DNA of 64,000 nucleotides, from NCBI GenBank assembly GCA_050258815.1, contig JBLMZM010000176.1, positions 14,533-78,532 of the forward strand. The letters run 5' to 3'. The stretch comes from Ignavibacteriales bacterium. GTDB taxonomy: Bacteria; Bacteroidota; Ignavibacteria; Ignavibacteriales; SURF-24. The translations under genes were made by a program, and so were the position numbers. This document shows positions 57,018-64,000 of the stretch, in pieces. Numbering within the stretch: the stretch's first letter is position 1; each line of letters opens with the position of its first letter. The notes below the pieces were generated by a model, which did no database searches, was not told the DNA's origin, and saw nothing but the letters and a program-made list of their open reading frames with translations.

Positions 57018-58058
57018 ATGAAAAAGACAAAGTTACTATTAATATCATTATTATCTATTTTTTCTGCCGTTCAGGCACAGGAAAAAACCTCTCCCAAATT
57101 CAGCGGAGTAGCCTTCGGCGACTATTTTTACAACATTGAACAGAGGGATTCAACTAAAAATGACCTGAACGGGTTTCAGTTCAGGAGGGTATATTTCACG
57201 GCAGATTTCGTAATCTCCGAAAAATTCGATTCAAGGTTCCGTCTTGAGGCTGACCAGGGCCCCGCATCGCTCACCTCCGGAGGGAGAATAGGCGTAATGG
57301 TAAAAGATGCATACCTCAGGTGGAAGAACCTCTTCAATGGGTCCGATCTTATTTTCGGTCTCTCACCTACTCCGGCTTTCGATGTTACAGAAGCAGCATG
57401 GGGCTACCGTGCCATTGAGAAGACAACAATGGATTTCTTCGGACTGGTTGCAACACGCGACCTGGGAATTGACCTGAAGGGAAATCTCAACGGACAGGGA
57501 TCAATCAGATACTGGCTAAAGATAGGGAATAATTCCATTAATGGTCCTGAGCTAAATAAATACAAGCGTTTCTATGGCCTGCTTCATTTCATTCCGCTTA
57601 ATAACTTTCAGTTTACCCTTTATGGAGATTACGCCTCAGCCCCGAAAAAGCTGGATGCTTCAGACAAGACATTTAAGACAAACGCAGCATTTACCGGATC
57701 CGTGATGCTGAACTATTTTGAAAAGGACAGGTATTCGGTTGGCCTTGAGAGTTTCTTTAAGAGCCAGCAGAACAATTTTTCTCCGCGTCCCGCCTCTACA
57801 TTGGAGGCTCAGAATGGCTACGGAATTTCCGTATTCGGCTGGGCTGCAGTAAATGATCTTCTGCGCATTGTTGCCAGGTTTGACACCTTTGAGCCAAACA
57901 AGGATAAGGACAATGACCAGTCCAGTCTTCTGATAGGGGCCCTGGATTTCAGGGTTGATAAGAATGTCAGCATTATGCCCAACATCGAAATGGTCAAATA
58001 CCAGGGAATCAGCCCAAAGGATCTTGTAGGAAGAGTGACATTCTATTTCCAGTTCTGA
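57018..58058 (+). CDS. outer-membrane beta-barrel porin-like protein (OprO/P-like)
   Basis: The signal peptide is ...FSAVQAQ. Alternating amphipathic strands are visible, FQFRRVYFTADF resembles the phosphate-selective porin family, and the C-terminus is ...RVTFYFQF. Confidence 0.55.
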   Translation: MKKTKLLLISLLSIFSAVQAQEKTSPKFSGVAFGDYFYNIEQRDSTKNDLNGFQFRRVYFTADFVISEKFDSRFRLEADQGPASLTSGGRIGVMVKDAYLRWKNLFNGSDLIFGLSPTPAFDVTEAAWGYRAIEKTTMDFFGLVATRDLGIDLKGNLNGQGSIRYWLKIGNNSINGPELNKYKRFYGLLHFIPLNNFQFTLYGDYASAPKKLDASDKTFKTNAAFTGSVMLNYFEKDRYSVGLESFFKSQQNNFSPRPASTLEAQNGYGISVFGWAAVNDLLRIVARFDTFEPNKDKDNDQSSLLIGALDFRVDKNVSIMPNIEMVKYQGISPKDLVGRVTFYFQF

Positions 58059-58075
58059 TTTTCAGTCACAACAAA

Positions 58076-58126
58076 GCCTTAAGTCCTCAGTCATTTTGTC
58101 TTCATGCTGACCTGAGGCTTAAGGAC
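58076..58126. terminator. bulged hairpin between the convergent porin and histidine kinase genes
   Basis: GCCTTAAGTCCTCAG ... CTGAGGCTTAAGG forms 6 bp, a 1-nt bulge, then 7 bp. Confidence 0.5.
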
Positions 58127-58145
58127 TTCTATATGCATTTGCCTT

Positions 58146-59468
58146 TTACTTCACGCAGGCATCCATATTGAATTCAATCTTAAATTCAGTGCAGCCTTTT
58201 ACGGGTGTATCGAGTGAAAAGTTAAAGTTATGGTTCAGCAAGACCTCTTTTGTCAGGGTGAGTCCTATCCCCTGGCCGTCTGGCCTGGTACTGAAGAATG
58301 GGGTAAACATCAGAGGTTTATTCTCCCTGGAAATACCCTTGCCGTTATCTCTGATGATAAGTCTGGGAGGATTACTGTTGTGTGTCTCAATGGTTATTGT
58401 GCCATTTTTTCCAATGGCCTCAATAGCATTCCTGATGATATTATAGATTAACTGTTCCATCTGCAAAATATCCATACAGACTTTCATAGTGGCTGAATCC
58501 AGGCTCCACTGCCAGGTTATTTTACGGCTTTCACATTCACACATAAACAGCCTTTCGGCATTTTTAAGCAGCGCGTGCAGATCAACACTTTCCTTTCTCG
58601 GTTCCGGAATCTTGACTACATTGGCAAGGTTAGCCATGAAACTGTTAAGGCGGGTATTCCTTTCAATTGCTATGTTCAGGGAATCTTCAAAATCTTCCTG
58701 ATCCCCGCTTTTCAGCTGGCTCTTATAGTTTATGAATGACTGCAGGAATGAATTAACAGCACCTATTGAATTATTTATTTCATGTGACATCATGCGCACT
58801 ACTTTTTCGTATGCCTTTCTTTCGGTCTTCAGCACCTCTTTTGTCATTTCTTCCAGTATGTAAAAGTGCCTCTGCAGACCCTTATCCAGGAAAAATGACC
58901 TGTAGCCCCGGTATATCTGGCTGCCGTTAAGATTAATGATCCTGGCTTTCCCTTCTTCCAGTACGGCCAGCTCATCAGCCAAAGTGCTTTGTATTTCATT
59001 TAATCTGATACCCAGTATTGATTCCTCTTTCTTGCCCAGCATATTCAGTGCTGCAGGATTCGCCGAGGCAACTTTATTATCCTGATCCATTAACATGATC
59101 CCTGAAGGGGATGCCTGAATGAGTTTTTCCAGGAAATAATTTTGCTCAACCTGTTTTATTCTTTCCTCGCGCAGCTCATCGTTCATCCTGTTATATACTT
59201 CAACTAAAGAATCGATTTCAGACTGCCCGGTTGCAGAAAGCCTGGTATTAAAATCCCTTTCTTTGAGTATATCAATTCCGGAGGAGATGAGGTTGATGGG
59301 CCTGATAAGCACTTTGTAGAGGCGCAGCGATATTAACACCGAAACGAGGATCAATATCTCACCCAGGAAAAAATATAACCTGTTCCTGCTCCATAGCTCA
59401 TATGAGAGCAAAACAAAGACCAGGTGGATGAATATTACATAAAGGATGTATTTTGTGCGCAGTTTCAT
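58146..59468 (-). CDS. sensor histidine kinase (TM-HAMP-PAS-HisKA-HATPase, NtrB/AtoS-like)
   Basis: 440 aa with two N-terminal TM helices. The H-box is RMMSHEINNSIG, the N-box is IIRNAIEAI, and the G-boxes are DNGKGIS and GQGIGLTLTK. Its start overlaps the regulator stop by 4 nt. Confidence 0.9.
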   Translation of the reverse strand: MKLRTKYILYVIFIHLVFVLLSYELWSRNRLYFFLGEILILVSVLISLRLYKVLIRPINLISSGIDILKERDFNTRLSATGQSEIDSLVEVYNRMNDELREERIKQVEQNYFLEKLIQASPSGIMLMDQDNKVASANPAALNMLGKKEESILGIRLNEIQSTLADELAVLEEGKARIINLNGSQIYRGYRSFFLDKGLQRHFYILEEMTKEVLKTERKAYEKVVRMMSHEINNSIGAVNSFLQSFINYKSQLKSGDQEDFEDSLNIAIERNTRLNSFMANLANVVKIPEPRKESVDLHALLKNAERLFMCECESRKITWQWSLDSATMKVCMDILQMEQLIYNIIRNAIEAIGKNGTITIETHNSNPPRLIIRDNGKGISRENKPLMFTPFFSTRPDGQGIGLTLTKEVLLNHNFNFSLDTPVKGCTEFKIEFNMDACVK

Positions 59469-60829
59469 GCGGATAATCCGTATTTTTCAAGCCGCCTGTA
59501 CAATGCTGCCCGGCTTAGTCCCAGTGATTTTGCGACCTTGCTCAGGTTCCCGTCGTGAAATTCCAGGGCTTTTCTGATCATTCCCTCTTCTATTTCATCA
59601 AGCGTCATAACACCGATCTCGGGCAGGCTTTCCTTTGCCCCCTTACTCGGCATATACCTGAACTGTGCCTGGAAGTCCTCCACCTCAATCACATCCTTTT
59701 TCGTCACAAGCACGGTTCTTTCAACGAGGTTCTTCAGCTCGCGTATGTTGCCCGGCCAGGCAAGGCCTTTCAGCCACTGGATCGCCTTTTTATCTACGGC
59801 AAGGTATTCCCTCCTGTAGATCGTCTTAAGGTTGTCTATAAAATGATTGACCAGAACCGGAATATCCCCTGGTCTTTCCCTCAAAGCAGGAAGTCTGATT
59901 GTTATCAGGTTAATCCTGTAATAAAGATCTTCCCTGAACTCACTATTGGACACCATCTCCTCCAGTTGCTTATTGGTCGCAGAAACAACCCGCACGTTTA
60001 CGGTTTTAGTCCTGCTGGAGCCCAGAATTTCGAAGCTTTTATCCTGCAATACCCTGAGCAACTTTACCTGGCTGCCCAGATCCAGATCCCCGATTTCGTC
60101 CAGGAATATTGTGCCTTTATCTGCAAGTTCGAAGCGCCCGATACGGTCAAACTTTGCGTCTGTAAATGATCCTTTCTTATGGCCAAAAAGTTCACTCTCA
60201 ATCAGGGAGGCCGGAATACCGCCCAGGTTAACCTTTACGAACTGGTTATTCCTCCTTGCACTGTTCTGATGGATTGCCTCAGCAATAAGCTCCTTGCCCG
60301 TTCCGCTTTCCCCGAGTATCAGTACCGATGCATCCGAGGCGCTTACCCTTCCAATGGTCTCCAGCACCGACAGGAGTATGGGATCCTCACCAATGATTTT
60401 TTCAAAATTATACGTGCTGTCGAGATGCTTTCGCCCCTGCCTTTTTTCAGTTTTCGAAGATTCACTCAGACTCAGCTGCGTGCGGACGGCCTGCAGGATA
60501 TTCTCATTGTTCCAGGGCTTGGTAATAAAATCGGCAGCTCCCGATTTTATGCCTTCCACGGCGAGTGATATTGATCCCCATGCTGTAATAAGAATTACCG
60601 GAATTCCGGGAAGCAGCATCTTCAGTTGCTTCAGGAACTCCAGTCCCTCACTTCCTGAGGTATCCAGTGAATAATTCATGTCCAGCAGTATTAATTGCGG
60701 AGGCCTCTTTTCAATTATCTGAAGTGCCTCAAGAGGACTCGCGGCACAACCTGCTTCATAATGCGCCTGCTTCAGCAGCAGCGTCAGTGAAGCCCTTACC
60801 GCTTTATCGTCATCAATTATAAGTATCAT
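59465..60829 (-). CDS. sigma-54-dependent Fis-family response regulator (NtrC-like)
   Basis: The REC domain has ILIIDDD and LILLDMNY. The AAA+ domain has GESGTGKE, ESELFGHKKGSFTDA (GAFTGA variant) and LFLDEIGD. The C-terminal Fis HTH is GNLSKVAKSLGLSRAALYRRLEKYGL. Confidence 0.95.
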   Translation of the reverse strand: MILIIDDDKAVRASLTLLLKQAHYEAGCAASPLEALQIIEKRPPQLILLDMNYSLDTSGSEGLEFLKQLKMLLPGIPVILITAWGSISLAVEGIKSGAADFITKPWNNENILQAVRTQLSLSESSKTEKRQGRKHLDSTYNFEKIIGEDPILLSVLETIGRVSASDASVLILGESGTGKELIAEAIHQNSARRNNQFVKVNLGGIPASLIESELFGHKKGSFTDAKFDRIGRFELADKGTIFLDEIGDLDLGSQVKLLRVLQDKSFEILGSSRTKTVNVRVVSATNKQLEEMVSNSEFREDLYYRINLITIRLPALRERPGDIPVLVNHFIDNLKTIYRREYLAVDKKAIQWLKGLAWPGNIRELKNLVERTVLVTKKDVIEVEDFQAQFRYMPSKGAKESLPEIGVMTLDEIEEGMIRKALEFHDGNLSKVAKSLGLSRAALYRRLEKYGLSA

Positions 60830-60937
60830 TATTCCCCAGGAAAAGAGTTATTATTTTTATCAGGTTTATGACAGATTCACGAAAGTTTGACTTCAACATC
60901 CAGGTCACAACCTAATAATTTTTATAAAATTATACAA

Positions 60938-62107
60938 TCATTCATTGCGCAGTGCCTCTGCGGGTTCAATACCTGCAGCAAGATAACTTGGGTAAACCGC
61001 GCAGATGCCAATTACAAAATAGATTACTATGCACGAAACGAGCAGTGACAAATTATAAATATTCATCTTCAGGTTAAATATATTTACAAAAGAAAACTGC
61101 AGCGCGAATGCTATTGCAATTGCAACACTCAGCGCCGAAAGAAGCAGCACTTCGCCCGTAATCTGAATGTAGATTTTCCTTTTATTAGCGCCCACTGCCC
61201 TCCTGATACCGATCTCCTGCCTGCGGCGGCTTACATTGTGCCACAGTATGCCAAAAAGGCCGAGAGCCACGTTGATCATAAGAAAGGTCCCGATGGTAAT
61301 AAACACAATGAGCTGACGCATCTTGGGCGTGATACACGTTTCGCGCAGGCTTTCCATATTTTTAACCTGGCTGCGCATGTTTGGATAGAGTGAACTGATA
61401 AACCTCGTTAACTTTTCCTCAAATTTTCCCGCCGTGCCCTCTTTAACCCTGATGAAGAATGATGCGGAGCTGGCATTTGTTTCTTTAACGCTCCTTCTTG
61501 CAATGCATACATCGGAGGGTTCGCTGAACTCACCGTCTTTCCTGTAATCATCTATGATCCCTGTTATCTTAAACCCTTCCTTAGAACCGGAAAATGGCGC
61601 AAATATAATTTCCCCAATTCCACTTTTTGCGCCGAAGAGTTTTGCATTTAATCTTTTATTAATAATTACAGGAACATACTGCAGGGCCTCATCCTGCTCA
61701 CTGAACCATTTTCCCTCAGAAAGCCTTACGTCAAATACTCTTGCAAAATTGTCATCAGCTTCGTTAAGGTTTACATTCTTAATATTTTGTGACCTGTACT
61801 TCACATTTCCCGTAAAGGAAAACTGCATATAGGGTCCCCCGTAATTGGCGGAACTTATCATTTCGACCTCAGGCATTGCTTTAATTTCCTTTTTAAGCAG
61901 CTGCGCATTAAGGCTGTCCCTGCCATAGAGTTCCATAGTAACAATATTTTTGTAGCTGAATCCGAGCGGAGAAAAATAGTTATGAAGTGAGGCTGTAATC
62001 AGTCCCGTAACAATAAACAGTATCAGAAATGAGATAATGATCTCTGCAGTTATGAGGATATTACTATATCTCCTGTTATACAGCATTTTAAGCATTTGCC
62101 TAATCAT
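60938..62107 (-). CDS. ABC transporter permease, FtsX/MacB-like
   Basis: 389 aa. An N-terminal TM segment is followed by a periplasmic domain and a C-terminal FtsX 3-TM bundle with RRRQEIGIRRAVGANKRKI and a PAEALRNE end. Confidence 0.85.
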   Translation of the reverse strand: MIRQMLKMLYNRRYSNILITAEIIISFLILFIVTGLITASLHNYFSPLGFSYKNIVTMELYGRDSLNAQLLKKEIKAMPEVEMISSANYGGPYMQFSFTGNVKYRSQNIKNVNLNEADDNFARVFDVRLSEGKWFSEQDEALQYVPVIINKRLNAKLFGAKSGIGEIIFAPFSGSKEGFKITGIIDDYRKDGEFSEPSDVCIARRSVKETNASSASFFIRVKEGTAGKFEEKLTRFISSLYPNMRSQVKNMESLRETCITPKMRQLIVFITIGTFLMINVALGLFGILWHNVSRRRQEIGIRRAVGANKRKIYIQITGEVLLLSALSVAIAIAFALQFSFVNIFNLKMNIYNLSLLVSCIVIYFVIGICAVYPSYLAAGIEPAEALRNE

Positions 62108-63362
62108 TGACGCCTCCTCTTAATGCCTCTACAGGATGCAGTCTGGACATTTTGTATGCGGGAAGGATCCCTGAAAGGATGCCCAGAATAATACACATTG
62201 CCATACCTGAAAGCATTACCCTGTAATTGATTGATAAGTTAAATTCGAAGAACGGGCTGCGATTCAGCAGGTAAATTGAGACTCCGGCAAGTATGAATCC
62301 TATCAGTCCGCCCAGTATTGTAAGTATGATATTTTCAAAAACAAACTGTCCTACCAGTGATATTGATGGTGCACCGAAGGCTTTCCTGATGCCGATCTCA
62401 CCCGAGCGCTCAATGATGCGTGTAGTATTAATATTAATAAGGTTTAATACCGGCAGCAGCAGGAAAAATGACATAAAGATGACTATTGTATTCTCGAAGT
62501 CAAACCACTGCTCCTTATCCGTCTTAATATCCGTATCATAAATACTTACGCCCAATACCTTTCCCCCTTCAAGGGTTTCGCTGTAGCTTTTTACAGGACA
62601 GATAATTTTTTTGTAGCCTTTACGTGGCACGTCTGCCGATTTCAGGCGGTAGTAGAATTCACTTTTAATTCCCTGGAAATCCTTTGCACTTCCGGCCAGT
62701 ATAACAGCATTACAGCTATATGCATTCTGGCTTGTAAGATTGGTTCTTCCCGTTGTAACCGGGACCCACACGTCGGCATAAGGGATCCTGTTTTTCAGCA
62801 CGTCTTTTACTACGCCTGTAACCCTGTACTGTTTGTCACCGATACTGAACTGCTTTCCCAGTGCACTGGCTGAGCCGAAAAACTCCCGCTTTATTTTTTC
62901 ACTTATTACAGCTACATAGCTTGCCTTATTCACCTCAGAGGGTGTAAATGCTTTTCCCTCTGTAAAATCAAACCTCATTATATCCCAGAACTGGCCGTCA
63001 GTTTCCTTGACAAAGAATTCAATTTTCCGGCCGCCTGCTGAGTTCGTAAATTTCCAGTTTCCGGCTGAATATATTGAAACATTTTCGGCAAGTTTTAGCG
63101 TCCTGGCATATTTATTCAGGAAATAGTAGGATACGGGTCCACTGGAGCTCAGGCCGTCATTGCTGTCAAATGTTATTCTTTGTATGTAGAGGCATCTGTT
63201 AAGATTCACTTCAGGACTAATGGGTGCAATAATTGAATCTGCTTCAGCCGTAACAATAACCAGTATCATTATTGTAAAGCTTATGCCGAAAAGACTTATA
63301 AATGTGAAGAACTTTCTTCTCAGAAGTATTTTCCAGGCCAGTTTCATATAGTTTTTTAGCAT
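62100..63362 (-). CDS. ABC transporter permease, FtsX/MacB-like with MacB_PCD periplasmic domain
   Basis: 420 aa. The FtsX signature is ERSGEIGIRKAFGAPSISL and the end is PVEALRGG. It overlaps the next permease gene by 8 nt. Confidence 0.85.
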   Translation of the reverse strand: MLKNYMKLAWKILLRRKFFTFISLFGISFTIMILVIVTAEADSIIAPISPEVNLNRCLYIQRITFDSNDGLSSSGPVSYYFLNKYARTLKLAENVSIYSAGNWKFTNSAGGRKIEFFVKETDGQFWDIMRFDFTEGKAFTPSEVNKASYVAVISEKIKREFFGSASALGKQFSIGDKQYRVTGVVKDVLKNRIPYADVWVPVTTGRTNLTSQNAYSCNAVILAGSAKDFQGIKSEFYYRLKSADVPRKGYKKIICPVKSYSETLEGGKVLGVSIYDTDIKTDKEQWFDFENTIVIFMSFFLLLPVLNLININTTRIIERSGEIGIRKAFGAPSISLVGQFVFENIILTILGGLIGFILAGVSIYLLNRSPFFEFNLSINYRVMLSGMAMCIILGILSGILPAYKMSRLHPVEALRGGVND

Positions 63363-63374
63363 CGTTATTACTCC

Positions 63375-64000
63375 TTAGTTTACCTGGCGGCCGTCAAAAA
63401 AGCGAATCACCCTTCCGGCTTTCTCCGCCATACAATTATCATGAGTAACCATTACGACCGTAGTCTTTTCATCTTTGTTTAGTCCTATGAGTATGTTCAT
63501 TATTTCATTTCCCATTACACTGTCGAGGTTTCCCGTAGGTTCATCTGCCAATACGATTTCGGGCTTTCCTACAATGGCCCTAGCAATAGCCACTCTTTGC
63601 GACTGCCCGCCCGACAGCTGATTAGGGAAGTGTTTTATCCTGGAGCTCAGGCCTACTCTTTCAAGCGCCTCAAGGGCAAGTTTACGTCTTTGCGAACCGG
63701 AGATCTTCCTGTACAGCAGCGGTATTTCCACGTTATCCAGTACGTTCAGGTCTTTTATCAGGTGATAGCTCTGAAAGATAAACCCGATCTTCTGATTGCG
63801 CACTTTGGCCAGCTGCCTGTCGTTATAGTTCATGACCGGGAGATTATCGATAGTAACGTTTCCCGAGGTCGGGGCATCAAGCAATCCCATAATGTTCAAT
63901 AGTGTGCTTTTCCCCGAGCCGGAGGGGCCCATTACTGCAACGAACTCTCCTTCCCTGATCTGAATATTGATGCTGCTGAGAGCAATTGTTTCAATCTCTT
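63375..64000 (-). CDS. ABC transporter ATP-binding protein (MacB/LolD-like), N-terminus beyond the right edge
   Basis: Walker A is GPSGSGKST, the Q-loop is present, the signature is [14 protein letters not shown] and Walker B is IVLADEPT. Reading upstream of the track Met gives ...[27 protein letters not shown], so the true start lies outside the window. Confidence 0.9.
   Translation of the reverse strand, partial: EIETIALSSINIQIREGEFVAVMGPSGSGKSTLLNIMGLLDAPTSGNVTIDNLPVMNYNDRQLAKVRNQKIGFIFQSYHLIKDLNVLDNVEIPLLYRKISGSQRRKLALEALERVGLSSRIKHFPNQLSGGQSQRVAIARAIVGKPEIVLADEPTGNLDSVMGNEIMNILIGLNKDEKTTVVMVTHDNCMAEKAGRVIRFFDGRQVN

Noticed and set aside
1-64000. CRISPR arrays, IS elements, integrases, prophage genes, rRNA and tRNA
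   Set aside because: None were seen on either strand by eye. The only tandem repeat is coding (11317-11460), and the only long duplicated DNA is the MCP paralogue block.

Overview
The window is a 64 kb chromosomal stretch that looks bacterial and gene-dense. I count about 45 protein-coding genes. By eye I found no rRNA, tRNA, CRISPR array, transposase, integrase or prophage signature.

The lineage is probably the FCB group (Ignavibacteria/Bacteroidota-like). The basis is weak: one T9SS Por-type C-terminal sorting domain together with chemotaxis genes.

Gene content from left to right:
- an SF1 UvrD-like helicase
- a TonB-dependent receptor
- an MFS / UbiA-prenyltransferase / DUF4440 operon
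- nhaA, ychJ and a YitT-family gene
- a TrmA/RlmD-like methyltransferase with a repeat-encoded N-terminal tail
- a long minus-strand sensory cluster: multi-PAS histidine kinase, LytTR regulator, CheY-like receiver, two paralogous MCPs, CheW
- L-serine dehydratase
- a secreted multidomain endonuclease I
- yidB
- an orphan 603-aa protein
- a czcCBA-type heavy-metal RND efflux operon
- a quinol-type nitric oxide reductase with an adjacent Crp/Fnr regulator and REC-PAS protein
- the H+-pyrophosphatase gene hppA
- an APC amino-acid permease
- a DUF4139 / micro-protein / SNase-like trio
- a serine hydrolase
- an SDR / ALDH / GT39 operon
- a dienelactone hydrolase, a DUF554 protein and a porin-like OMP
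- a sigma-54 two-component system next to a MacB-type ABC transporter that runs off the right edge

I did not recognise any canonical defence, mobile or CRISPR system. The best candidates for undescribed biology are:
- the terminator-bounded, translationally coupled envelope trio at 46.2-48.9 kb
- the orphan 603-aa enzyme-like protein at 26.7-28.6 kb
- the helicase-HTH fusion at the left edge
- the CheA-less MCP/CheW cluster behind a LytTR two-component pair

All functional calls come from motif recognition by eye on the supplied translations. No database search was run.
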